The position numbers and the translations under genes were made by a program. The notes below the pieces were generated by a model. The model had not been told where the DNA came from. It made no database searches and saw nothing but the letters and a program-made list of their open reading frames with translations. Positions 27,020 to 47,646 of a DNA stretch of 64,000 nucleotides are shown here, piece by piece (positions within the stretch are counted from its first letter, which is position 1; every line of letters begins with the position of its first letter). The stretch comes from the human T2T-CHM13v2.0 reference genome, Homo sapiens, in the NCBI RefSeq assembly GCF_009914755.1, contig NC_060931.1; one strand, given 5' to 3'.

Positions 27020-28384
27020 CTAAGAGGCCATGTTGGAGGTTATGGGCAGGGGCAGGTGGGAGCCAAGACTGGCCTACATCAGAACAGCAGCCCCCTCCCC
27101 ACTCCAACCCTCCACGCCTGCAGTTTCCACCACCCCCGAGATTTCTGGAACACCTCTCTCCCAGACCGGCTTTATGGATTATATAAAAAAAGAATTTCAT
27201 GAGGTTTTCAGTTAATTGAATTCCAGGGAGATTTATTCCCAATGTTATTAATAAATTCTAATGCCACCTATAACTTTCAATTGCCAGTTAATTAACTTGC
27301 AATGGGTGCATTGTAAAAGGCAAATTAAATACTTTTTCAGGCAGGGGCTGGCAAATTTAATGAGCTGATGTGTCCCAAGGGAGACGGCCAGGCTCACACA
27401 TCCCATCAAATACTCCTCCCATCAGCAGATGAGAGTGTGATCTGGGTGAGTGACAACTGGACCTCCGCATCCTCATCTGTAAAAAGGGATCACAAAACCT
27501 GCCTCCAGGACCCTCAGATACCTGGAGTGGATGCTGTGTTTTATTCATACACAAATACAACGAAGGGGCCCTGGGGCGGTGAACTTTATGTGTCAACTTG
27601 ACTGAGCCATGGGGTGCCCAGACAACTGGTCAAACACGCCTGCCCTGCCCAGCCCAGGTCAATTCATCTGGTCAGTCTACAGGGGATTGGGGGCAGGCCA
27701 GCCTCTGCCTCCTTCTGAGTAGAGAACAAGGATGGCAGTAAGGACGGCAGGGAAGACAAGGAGCAGGGGATCCCAGGGAGGACCACCGGGCTCACTGGAG
27801 GGAAGAGAGTCCTCCCCTAGGAAGGGACACAGCTGAGGAGTCTGAGAGATTTAGTAGGAGTTGTCTGGGTGAAGGAGAAGGCAGGGCAAGTTGGGGAGGC
27901 ACGAGCACGTGCAAAGGCCCAGTGGTATGAGAAGGGGAAAAGCACTGGAAATTGTTGGAAATGCTCTAGGGTGGAGCCGGCAGGGGAAATATGATAATGT
28001 GGGCTTATTACAAGGCTACAGGGATCTCAGTGGACCCCAAGGACAGGAGCTGGAGTCAGAACATGTCCCAAGAGAGTAGTACTGGATCTGAGTTAGTCCC
28101 AAGGGCTCAGTGTCAGCAGGAGATTACTGATTCCCATGGGCTCTGCCTGTTGCCTGTTTGTCCCTCTTCTTGTGGCAATGTGACATTTTGTCTTGGCCTC
28201 ATAGCTTCAGCATGCTCATGACTTCTGCTTCTTCTGATGGCTTGCCATGACCTCTCACTGGCTATCCTTCAACAGCAGTCAGCTTTGCAGTGACACAATA
28301 TTCAAACTGGGTGTCAAGCACCTTCATTGTCTCCCCAGTGACCCAGCACGCAGGCTCCCTAAAGGTAGAGTTCTCAGGCAGTAC

Positions 28385-28738
28385 CTGGTGCTGTAACAAA
28401 TATCCCATTGACCTGGGGGCGACATTTCTCACAGCTCTAAAGGATAGGAAGTCCAAGATCAAGGTGCCAGCAGATCCGGTTCCTGGTGAGGGCTCTCTTT
28501 CTGGTTTGCAGATGGCCGCCTTCTTGCTGTGTCTTCACATGGTGGGGAGAGAGAGAGGAAGCAAGCTCTGTTGTGTCTCTTCTTATAAGGACATTAATAC
28601 CATTATGAGGGCCCCACCCTCATGAACTCATATAAACCTAATCACCTTTCGATGGCCCCACCTCCAAATATCATCACAATGGGGATTCAGGCTTTAACAT
28701 ACAAATTTTAGGGGCACATAAACAAGTGGTCTACAGCA
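28385..28738 (-). mobile_element. MLT1A-like MaLR LTR
   Basis: gaagtccaagatcaaggtgccagcagat...ggtgagggctctctt...cttataaggacattaat motifs. Confidence 0.8.
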
Positions 28739-29379
28739 GTAGAATGCCTTGTCCTTGTAGGCAGACAAGGACAGACCTCGGTCTGGTCTCCCCTAGGCCT
28801 AGACACAGATACTTGATAAGGAGGGAGGATTCTAGGGAACCAAGGTCAGAAGCCTCATAGAGCAGGAAGTATGGGTTTTGTGGCCTGTTGATGGCAGAAG
28901 CTTCTATCTTAGGCTTAGAGTCTCCAGCTAGGCTCTTGCTGGGAAAACAGTGCAGTCTTTGCTTTCTTTTATATCAGAGCTGCATTTTCAAACGTAACCA
29001 TCCCACACCCACTCTCCAGCTATTCGAGGACTTTGATGACAGCCCTCCAGTTTCTCAGGATGTAACAGCAGCAAATCACTGTGCACTTTCTCACTTGCTG
29101 CCCATGATCCCCCATGCTCCAACCACCGGGCAGGCCCATATTGGGCATGAAAGGATCTTGGCCTTAATTTTTCTTTTGCCTCGTGGCGATAAAGGGAGCA
29201 TTTTGTTTTTTTCAAAAGACAAAACCAAAAGGTGCATCTTAATTAGGGAACAGGTGCAGTGAGACCAGACTGAACTCTGCCAGGCAGCAGCCTTTCACTT
29301 TGTGCACACAATGCTTTTAATGCAGCCCCGTTGCCATGGCGATTACCACGTCTCAGCTTACTGAGGTGGCGTTGCAAAC

Positions 29380-30330
29380 CTGTAGGGAAGAAATGGATTA
29401 TTCAATAAATGATGCCGGGACATTTGGTTAGCTATTTGGAAGGAAATAAAATTAGCTCTTTCCTTCACACCATACATTAATATAAATTCCAGAGGACCTA
29501 AAGAATTAAATGTAAGAAAGGGAAATCATTAAAAAGCAAACAAATGTTTGATCTTGGGGGTACATGGAAACATTTTAAACCTAAAAGCAGTAGAAAAAAT
29601 AACAAAGATTAAGGTAGAATTTAATACATAAAATTTAAATCTCCTTGTTTTAAAAATTATTTAGTTAATTTTATTGGGAGACTACAAAAAAGAATAAAAT
29701 GGTTGCAAGAAATATGACAAAAGATTAATACCTCTAATATGTAAAAAGTAATTACAAATCAATAAAAATGAACAGTCCAATAGAAAAATAGTGAATGAGA
29801 AATGCCCAAAAGATGAAATAAAAATATGTAATAAAATATTTTTAAATATTCAGCTTCATTGGTCATCAAAGAAATGCCCATTAAAACATCAATGAGATTT
29901 TCTCCTATAGCTTATCAAAGAACGTTTAAATATAATTATAGCATTCAATCTCATTGAGTGGAGTAAAATTGAGTATTCCTATTCATCTCACATGTGAAAA
30001 TACAAGTTGGTATAAAATTTCTAGGAAAAAAATTAAGTTTATGCCACAAGAGATTTTAAAATGTTCACACTATTCAGCTGGTAATTTCACTCCGAAGATA
30101 TCCTAAGGTGCTGTCCAGGATTGAAGCCAAAAATGTAGATATGATAATATTCATTATAAGTATTTAATAGAAGTTTATAATTTACTAAAACACGTGGGCA
30201 TGGTTAAATAAATTATGATACATAAATATGATGAACTATTGTGCAGCCATTAAAATAATATTTTGAATAATACTTAATGGCATGGAAATATGTCTATGAC
30301 ATAATATTAAGCGGAAAATAGTATACCATT
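29380..30330 (+). mobile_element. Old L1 (L1M-type) 3' ORF2/UTR remnant
   Basis: AT-rich; ttattcaataaatgatgc...cttcacaccatac...ataaattccaga and tatgtgcagccattaaaa-type L1 motifs. Confidence 0.7.
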
Positions 30331-31109
30331 TGGGTTTCTTAGCTGACAGCAATAGAAACCCACTCTGGCTGTCTGGATAAAGCAGAAAAGGAATTCATTG
30401 GAAGAAAATTGTAGGGCTTGGAATCAACAGGAACACAGGAGAACTAAACTGAGAAAGAAAGAAAAATAGAGAAAGAAATAGAGGAAGAGAGAGAAAGCAA
30501 GGAAATATAGAGAAAAGAAAGAGAGAAAGAAGAATGAAGGAAAGAACCAAGGAAGGAAGGAAAGGAGCAAAAAGGCAAAACAGGGCAAACATCCATCAAC
30601 AGCTATAGTTACGGTACCAAAGTAGACATATGGTATGATCCCAAGTCAAGGCAAAATTGGCTATTCAGAAATACCAAATTCATCCCGGAATCTCAGTGCT
30701 TCAACCCTTGCAATGTTTCCTTCTTACTCACACAAAGTAAGTACTTACCAGGTTGGGCAGCCTGTCACCATCTTGTAGCCCAGCCATTGAAAGAACGTAG
30801 GCTCTGAGACTGTCACAACAGGGAAGACAGAGATGGAGGAGTCTCCATGCGAGTGATGCTGTCATTTCTGTTCACAGTCCATTGGGCAGCACTAGTCATA
30901 TGGCCCCCAACCTCACTGCAATGGAGGCTGGGATAAAGAAGGCAGTGAGCCAGTTGAGGCTGCAATTTGAAACACATGGTACACTTAATTTAGGATAATT
31001 TGAGGAAGATTTAATTTCAAGGAGACTATTTTCAAAGGTGTGGGTGGGCTGCAGAAGAACCAGAAGGGAGAATGTGATGAGCTAGGGCTATTAACAGCCC
31101 AAAGAGACG

Positions 31110-32420
<1,311 letters not shown>

Positions 32421-33603
32421 TCATAGAGACAGACAGACAGATAGTAGATTAGTGGTTGCCAGCGGCTGGGAAGTATTTGCTTATTCTAGACATGTTATAT
32501 CAATGGAATCATACAATATGTGGTCTTTTGTGTCTGGCTTCTTTCATTTAGCATATTTTAAAGATTCACCCATGTTAAAAACAAATAAATAAAATTTTAT
32601 TCATTTTTATGGCTGCATAATATTCTACCATATAGATAAACCAGATTTTGTTTATCCATTCCTCAGTTGATTGACGTTTGGGCTCTTTCTACTTTTTGAC
32701 TATTATGAATAATGCTACTATGTACATTTTTGTACACGTTTTTGTGTTGACACATGTTTTTGCTTTTCATGGATAGCTATCTTAGAGTGGAATGGCAGGG
32801 CCATTTGGTAACTCTCTGTTTAGCTTTTTGAAACACTGCCAGACTATTTTCCAAAGTGGCTGCACCATTTTACAATTCCACCATCAATGTATGAGGACCA
32901 CAACTTCTCTATATTCTCATCAACACTTGTTATTGCCTTTTTAAATTTTAGGCAAATTAGTGAACATGAAGTGGTAGGTCACTGTTTTGGTTTGCATTTT
33001 CCTAATGACTAAGAATACTGAACATCTTTTCATGACTTATTGGCCATTGTTTATCTTTGAAGAAATGTCTCTTAAAATCCTTTGCCCACAACAGACCTCT
33101 ACCTCCCACCATATAAAAAAGTGAACTCAAAATAGATTATACACCTAAATGTGGGAGCTAAAACTATAAAACGCTTGGATGAAAACATTGATATAAATCT
33201 TGGTGACCCTGGATTAGGCAACTTGTGGATTGAAGTTCTAATTGGTATGTTTGCATTTTTACTGTTGAGTTGTAACAGTTCTTTGTATATTCTTGATAAA
33301 AAGTCCCTTATCAGGTATATGATTTGTAAACATTTTCTTCCATTCTCTCATTCTGAGGGTTGTCTTTTTACTCTTTGATAGTACCTTTAGAGCACAAAGG
33401 TTTTATTTTTGAGAAACTCCTATTTATCTAATTTTTCTTTTCTTTCTTACATTTTGGATGTCACATCAAATAAACCATTGCTTAATCCAAGGTCATAAAA
33501 ATTTACACCTATGGTTTCTTCTAAAGGTTTTGTAGTTGAAGCTCTTACATGTAGGTCTATAATATATTTTGAGATAGTTTTTACATGGTGGGAAGTAGGA
33601 GCC

Positions 33604-34040
33604 TGCTGTGGGTGGAATTGCGCCTCCATCAAAAGATATATTAGAGTTCCAGCTCCCAATACCTGTAAATATTACCTTGTTTGGAAATAGGGTCTTTGTA
33701 GATGTAAACAAGATAGGATTGGACCTATATCCAATGACTGGTGTCCTTATAAGAACACCATGTACAGGGATATAGAGATACACAAGAAGAATGCCATGTG
33801 CCAATGGAGGCAGATATAAGAGTAAAGTGTCTGCAAACCAAGGATTGCAAAGTATATACAAGCCAGAAGCTAGGAAGAAGCAAGGAAGGATCCTCCCCAA
33901 GAACCTTCAGAGAGAGCAAGGCCCTGTTATGACACCCTAATTTTGGACTTCTAGCATCCAGAACTGTGTGACAATAGATTTCTTTGCTCTTAAGCCACAC
34001 GGTTTAGAGTAATTTGTTATGGCAGTGAGGAAACTAATAG
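33604..34040 (+). mobile_element. MLT1B/C-like MaLR LTR
   Basis: tgctgtgggtggaattg...tttggaaatagggtctttgtagatg...tttgttatggcag..ggaaactaata. Confidence 0.82.
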
Positions 34041-34611
34041 GGGATCCAACTTCATTCTTTTGCAAGTGGATATACAATTGTCTCAGTCTTTTGTTTGAAG
34101 AGACTATTCTTTCCCCATTGAATAGTCTTGACACCCTTGTTGAATATCAGCTGACCGTAAGTGTAAGTGTTTATAGCTGGACTCCAATTAGATTCTATTG
34201 AGCTACATGTTTTGTTCTTATACCAGCATGACATTGTCTTGAGTATGGTACCTTAGCAGTTTTGAAATTAGGAAGTATACATCTTCCAACTTTTGTTTTT
34301 CTTTGTCAAGATTGTTGTGGCTAGTCCCAGTTCCTTGTATGTCCATAATAATCTTGGCATTAATTTGTCAATTTCTACCAAAATAGCCAGCTGAAATTTT
34401 GATAGCGATTGATCAATTTGGGGAGTATTGCTATCTTAACAATATTAACTCTTTCAATCCATGAACATGAGATGTCTTTCCATTTATGTATTTTATTTAA
34501 TTACTTTCAGCAATGTTTTATAGGTTCCCACATAAAAGTCTTGCACTACTTTTGTTAAACTTAATCCTAAGTATTTCCTTCTTTTTGATGCCACTGTAAA
34601 TGGATTTGCTA

Positions 34612-34746
<135 letters not shown>

Positions 34747-35737
34747 TTAAAAATTAGCTAGGTGAGGTGGCAAATGCCGGTAGTCCTAGCTACTTGGGAG
34801 GATGAGGTTCAAGGTTTGCTTCAGCTCATGAGTTTGAGGCTGCAGTGGGCTATGATTGAACCACTGCACTCCAGCCTGGGCAGCAGAGTGAGACCCTGTC
34901 TCCAAAAAAAAAAAAAATAAACAAAATAAAATGAAATATTTTCAGATTGTTTATTGCTAGTCTATAGAAGTAAACTTGAATTTTGTATGCCAACCTTATA
35001 TCCTGAAACTGCTGAACTTGTTTATTAGTTCTAATAGTGTGTGTACATATTCTTTAAGATTTTGTATATACAAGTTCTTGTCATCTGAGAATAGAAATAG
35101 TTTTATTTCTCTTTTTCCAATCTGGATGGCTTTATTTATTTTTCTTGCCTAATTACTCTGGCTAGAATCTCTAGTACAATGCTGAATAGAGATAGTGAGA
35201 GAGGACATCCTAGTTGTGTTCTTGATTTTAGGGTAGAAACATTCATACTTTCTCCATTAAATATGATGTTAGCTATGGGTTTTTTGTAGATGCCCTTTTT
35301 CAGGTTAAAGAGGTTCCCTTATATTCTTAGTTTATTGTTTTGTTTTGTTTTGTTTTTATCATGACAGTGTGTTAGATTTTATCAAATGCTTTTTCTGCAA
35401 ATTTTGAGATGGTCCTGTGTGTTTTGTCCTTTCTTCTATTAATATGGTGTATTACTTTGATTGATTTCAGATGTTAAACCAATCTTGCATTCTTGGGATG
35501 AATCCCACCTGGTGGTGATACATAATCGTCTTATATGTTCCTGAATTTGGTTTTCCAGTATTTTATTGAGGATTTCCATCTATGTTCATAATGGATACTG
35601 GTTCATAAATTTCCTTTCTGGTGATGTCTTTGTCTAGTTTTATTATCAGGGTAATACTGGCATCATAGAATGAGTTGGAAAATGTTCTATTAGCTCATAT
35701 TTTCTGGAGGTTTTGTGAAGAATTTGAGTTTATTATT

Positions 35738-36329
35738 TGTGTTAGTCCATTTTCACAGTGCTATAAAGAACTACCTGAGACTGGGTAATTTATGAAGAGG
35801 TTTAATTGACTCTCAGTTCCACAGGCTTACCAGGAAGCATGACTAGGAGGAGGCCTCAGGAAACTTATAGTCATGATGGAAGGCAAAGGAGAAACAAGCA
35901 CCTTCTTCACATGGTGGCAGGAGAGAGAGTGAGGGAAGCAGGAAGTGCCACACAATTTTTTTTTTTTTTCAAGACGGAGTCTCACTCTGCAACCTCCGCC
36001 TCCTGGGTTCAAGCGATTCTCCTGCCTCAGCCTACTGAGTAGCTGGGATTCCAGGCACATGCCCAGCTAATTTTTATATTTTTAGTAGAGACACGGTTTC
36101 ACCATGTTGATCAGGCTGGTCTCAATCTCCTGACCTTGTGATCTGCCGGTCTCAGCCTCCCAAAGTGCTGGGATTACAGGTGTGAGCCACTGCACCTGGT
36201 TGAGAACTCACTCAATATCATGAGAACGGCAATGGGGAAATCTGCCCTCATGATCCAGTTACCTCCTATCAGGCCCCTCCTCCAATTCAACGTGAGATTT
36301 GGGTGGGGACACAAATCCAAACCATAACA
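35738..36329 (-). mobile_element. MST (MaLR) LTR with an inserted antisense Alu (~35955-36200)
   Basis: tgtgttagtccattttcacagtgctataaagaactacctgagactggg...acacaaatccaaaccataaca. Confidence 0.88.
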
Positions 36330-36412
36330 TTCTCTGCATTTTTGGTAGAATTCGCCAGTGAATCCACATGAGCCTGTGTTTCTATTCTCTATTTTATCTA
36401 CTTCACTCCAAC

Positions 36413-37516
36413 AGATACAGGAGCTAGAAAGAAATTATTTAGGAAGATAGTGAGGGTAAGAGAATCCTAGTGTAGCAGGACGAGCCACAGACAAAACTCC
36501 TCAGACACTGAGTTAAATAAGGAAGGGGTTTATTCAGCCGGGGGCATTGGCAAGACTCCTGTCTCAAGAGCTGAGCTCCCTGAGTGAGCAATTCCTGTCC
36601 CTTTTAAGGGCTTACAACTCTAAGGGGGTCCACATGAGAGGGTTGTGATCGATTGAGCAAGCAGGGGGTACGTGACTAGGGGCTGCATGTACCAGTAATC
36701 AGAACGAAACAGAACAGGACAGGGATTTTTACAATGATTTTCCATACAATGTCTGGAATCTATAGATAACATAACTGGTTAGGTCGGGGTCGATCTTTAA
36801 CTATCAGGCCCAGAGCATGGTGCCAGGCTGTCTTCCTGTGGATTTCACTTCTGCCTTTCAGTTTTTACTTCTTTCTTTGGAGGCAGAAATTAGGCATAAG
36901 ACAATTATGAGGGGTGGTCTCTTCCCTTACTAGGTAAGGTTTCCTTTTAATAAAAAGCAGCCCCCAAATAATTTCTTTTCTAACAAAAAGCAGCCTGAAA
37001 AATCAAGCTTCAAGCATAGATAAGCAAGCTCAAAGCGTGCATAGGTAAATGCCAACAGCTGTGCCAATAGAAAAGGGACACCTGGAAGCTAGGTATATTC
37101 AACATGGAGGTTCCTTCTTCCCTTTTCTTTGTTGCCACATGTGTAGTAAAAAAGCAGGCAACATGGCATTGGCCAAGTAGAGACCCCATCTGCATAACAA
37201 AAGATTAGGGTGGGATGGCCAGCTTCTTCGCACACTATGCAAATGGGACACCTGGTCTGACCAGTCTCTCATGTCCTATGTAAATCAGACACTGCCTCCT
37301 CAAGCTCGTCTATAAAACCCCATGCATTTCACCATGAAGCCCAAAGACCCTACTCGGGAGTCCCTCTCCCTCTGCAGAAGAGAGAGCTTTTCTCTGCCTT
37401 TCACTTATTAAACCTCTGCTCTTAAACTCATTCCTTGTGTGTGTTTGTGTATTCAGTTTCCCTGGTGTGAGGCAATGAACCTCGGGTATTTTCCCCAGAC
37501 AAACCATGCCCCTTCA
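36413..37516 (+). mobile_element. ERV1 solo LTR, LTR9-like, split by a nested LTR2
   Basis: Starts (t>a)gatacaggagctagaaagaaattatttagg; TATAAAA at 37311, ATTAAA at ~37407; ends CA; flanks CAAC/CAAT. Family name is by recognition only. Confidence 0.75.
36471..36929 (-). mobile_element. LTR2 (HERV-E/Harlequin) solo LTR
   Basis: Reverse complement starts TAAGGGAAGAGACCACCCCTCATAATTGTCTTATGCC and ends CCTGCTACA; perfect 4-bp TSD CTAG at 36467 and 36930; 459 bp. Confidence 0.88.
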
Positions 37517-39821
37517 CAATCTTTATTATTTCCTTTCTTCAACTTGTTTTAGGTTTAGTTTAGACTTCTTTTTCAAGTTACAGGAAGTGGAAGTTTAAGT
37601 GACTGATTTAGATCCTTATTCTTTTTCATATAGGTGATTACAGCTATAAATTTTCCTCTAAGCACTGCTTTATGGCTGCATTCTACAAGTTTTGGTGAGT
37701 TGTTTCATTTTTATTTAAAGCATGCTCTAATTTCCTTGTGGTATCTTCTTTGATCCATTGGTTACTTAAGAGTGTGATGTTTAATTTCCACATGTTCCTG
37801 AATTTCCCAATTTCCTTCTGTTATGCATTCTCATGAGATTAGAAAACATACTTTGTATGATTCCAATCTTTTTAAACTTACTGAGTACTTTTTTATGGCC
37901 TAACATATGGTTTACAGTGCAGAATGTTCCATGTACACTTGAGAAGAACATGTATTCTGATGTTGTTGACTGGAGTGTTCTGTAGGTGTCTGTTAGGTTC
38001 CACTGAATAATAGCGTTCCTTTAATTCTTAAGACGTGGTTTCCTCTAGTTTTTGCACATATTCATAACAGTGTACTTGAAGACTTTGCCTAGTAATTCCA
38101 GTGTCTGGACTTCCTCAGAGACAGTTTCCTGTGAATGGACCATACTCTTCTGTTTCTCTGCATGTCTCATAATTTTTTGTTGTTGAATATTAGACATTTA
38201 AAATAATATAATGTAGCAAATTTGGAAATCAGATTCCCTGACCCCCCACCACAAAGAGTTTGTTGTTGCTATTGCTGTTTGTTTCCTTAGTGATTTTTCT
38301 GGATTAATTCTATAAAGTCTGTGTTCTTTTTCATGTTTTGCTGCTAAAATTCCTGTTAGCTTAGTAGTCAACTAATGATTGCACAGGCTTTTTTTTTTTT
38401 TTTTTTTTTTGACAGAGTCTTGCTCTGTCATCCAGGCTGGAGTGCAGTGGCGTGATCTTGGCTCCCTGCAGCCTCTACTTCCTGGGTTTAAGCAATTCTC
38501 GTGCCTCAGCCTCCCAAGTGGCTGAGACTACAGGCACACACCACCATGCCTGGCTAATTTTTGTATTTTTGGTAGAGATGGGGTTTTGCGTGTTGGCCAG
38601 GCTGGTCTCAAACTCCTGGCCTCAAGTGATCCACCCACCTCGGCCTCCCAAAGGGCTGGGATTACAGGTGTGAACCACTGTGCCCAGCCCAGATATTTCT
38701 TTAAATCCCTTAACCCCATAAGTGTCCCAGCCTTTGCTGAGGAACACTGTGTGTGTGTGGAGCCTGACTTCAATGCTTTATCAAGCAGTTTGCAGCTCTG
38801 CCGTAGCCTTCATTTCCTTCTTGTGCAGAGCCTCAAGGTCAGCCAGAGGTGAGACATCAGGGTCTTATCAGGTCTTTCTGTGCATGTGCACTGCTCTGCA
38901 CATGCATGAAGCCTCTATCCTATCATCCCAGGAATGTATCGAAACTTTTAAAACCCCCAAAGGAAAAAAAAACCCAAAGGATAACTCATTTCCCAGTTTT
39001 TCCTTTCATGATTTTACATAGCCTATTGACCCCAAATGGTATTGCCACATAGGCAGCTACGATGTTGAACAGTTACTGCTGATTGTTTTTGACAAGTGCC
39101 CTGAGGCCAGGGCTGGTCACACAGAGTAAGCTCTGAGTCAGGTCAGATAAAGACAATCCCTGGGAACAGAGCTTTTCAGGCAGCTTCCAGACAGGTCAAA
39201 TAGTGGCCATTTTCTGGGGATAGAGCTTTTTGTGGGCTGGTTTCGCAGACATCATAGTTGCAAGGCTGTTGGTTTTCATGCCTGCAACAGAACTGTAAAG
39301 AGGGCTGTGGGAATAAGACAAGTTAAAACTTCACAAAGCTTGCTGTTCTTACTGCAATACGGCCTTATTTTATTTTTTTTAGAGACTGGGTCTCACTCTG
39401 TCTCCCAGGCTGGAATGCAGTAGCATGATCATAACTCACTGCAACCTTGAACTCCCAGCCCAAGTGATCCTCCTGCCTCACCCTCCCCAGTAGCTAAGAC
39501 TACAGCCATGTACCACTGCACCCTGATATTTTTTTAAAAATATATAGTATTTGTAAGGATGGGGTGTCACTGTGTTGCCCGGGCTGGCCTCGAACGCCTG
39601 GCCTCAAGCGATCCTCCTGCCTCAGCCTCCCAAAGTCAGCCTTATTAAAAAATAATAATTGTAATAATAAACACTCCTCAGGTAGCTGCAAGCCTTTGGT
39701 TAATTTGCAGAAGTATGAAAAAATTGATTTTGACTGTTTTTGCCAGCATGCTCATTGCTTTTATGAAGGAACAGATTTCAGAAGTCCTTATTCTAATTAT
39801 CCTCTCATTCTGGTCATGCTC

Positions 39822-40000
39822 CTCCACCTGTTTTTGTGCCTAAAGTTTTATTGGAATGCAGGTTTGCCCATTCATTTACATAGTGCCTATAGTGGCTTTC
39901 ACACACAACTGAAAAGTTGGACAGTTGCGACAGAAACCATATGGCCTGCAAAGCCTAAAATATGTACTATCTGGCCTTTAGGAAAAGGTTTGCCAAGCCC
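39822..40000. mobile_element. MER58-like hAT-Charlie MITE
   Basis: aaagttttattggaa...tggcctgcaaagcctaaaata..tactatctggcc motifs. Confidence 0.8.
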
Positions 40001-40067
40001 CACCATAAGGCAAGAAAATGATATACAGATTGCAAGGAAAAAGTAAAGTGCCATCATCCACAGGTGA

Positions 40068-40586
<519 letters not shown>

Positions 40587-41268
40587 AGTAAGAGAATTTA
40601 GCAAGATCATTGACTACATTAGCATGCAAAACTCAGCTGCAGGACTTATGAACACACCCCTCCCTGCCTCTCTCAGTGATCACGACTAAAAATTCTGAAC
40701 AGAATGCCTATAGTAACTGTCTGAGAACTCTGAAAAGTAGATCATAGGTGGCAGATTAAGGAAGGAAATGAAAACTGAAAGAATGATGGGCATTGCTGTG
40801 AGTTCCTGGACTGGTTGGTTGGTTGGTTTTTCTCCACATTCCATAAGATAGATTCTAGCACAGCTCAAATCCTGGAGCTGTGAAGTGGTTGGAGGAAATG
40901 CCTTGTCTTTCTGGCCAGAGAACCAGGAATGGGGGACAAAGAGTCAGGGGGTGGGGGCAACTCCAAATTTTTATTTTTTATTTCCCTTTTGACTGCATCT
41001 CCATTTGCTCTCTTCTCTTCTGAAACTCATTTTCAATGGATGTCTCCTCGTAGGTTGACCCTCTAGTGTTTTTGTCTTTTCTCTCCTAATATCCAATCAC
41101 TCTCCCATTTCTCCTGGGATTTTCCGTTGCACATGCCATTTCCTCTTCAGGGAACATCAAAGAACACTCTTCCTGCCCCTGCAAAGAGATGTCTACTTAA
41201 CTCCACCACCCAACATTCAGATGGCTTTTGCCATCTTCTCTGACTAGCCAAGTCTCTCTACTGGATGC

Positions 41269-41973
<705 letters not shown>

Positions 41974-42599
41974 GAAGCACTATGTCTTTTTCATTTCCAG
42001 CACTGGTTAGAGTTGTCACCTTGCATTTACTTGCACAATTCTTAGATTGCTGCCAGTTTCCTGTTCGGTCCATAAGCCCTATCTGACTTTGGTCCATCAT
42101 TGTGCTTCCAGAATCTAAAATGGTGTCTGACATGTAGAGGGCTTCCAAAAATGTTTCCTGAATGAATGATGAATGTCTCTATGTCTTTGCACATGTTGTT
42201 CCCCCTACCTGAAATATCCACCCTTTCCATCCCCTGTCAGTACACCTCTGCATTCCTACAAGAACCAGCCCAAGTGTCACCACCTCTGGGAGGCCTCCCC
42301 TGGTGCCCTAGGCAGACACATTGCTTCTGCAGCATTGTGACCATGGGCTGGAAGAAAGCAGCCTTGTCACCTTGCACTACAGTAGCCTGGGGCATAAATA
42401 TTGTCTAAGAAATCATTGCAGTTTCCATATTTTTATGCAATAAGGAAGCCTACTTCCAGCATGAACCCAACTTAGAAAATACTCTCAGCCAATATTTCAG
42501 ATTTCAGCACAACCCTCCATCAGGGTGCATGACGTGAGGACTTTACAAATGCCGCGGCAGAACCTATGGGCCTAGATGAGAGGGAAGGGGTGGAAGCTG

Positions 42600-47646
<5,047 letters not shown>

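Noticed and set aside
24600-31000. Possible minus-strand lncRNA downstream of COL26A1 (I recall LINC01007 near here); one minus-strand donor CTG|GTGAGT at ~25830
   Set aside because: Exons, TSS and poly(A) site cannot be delimited from sequence alone; the recollection is unverified.
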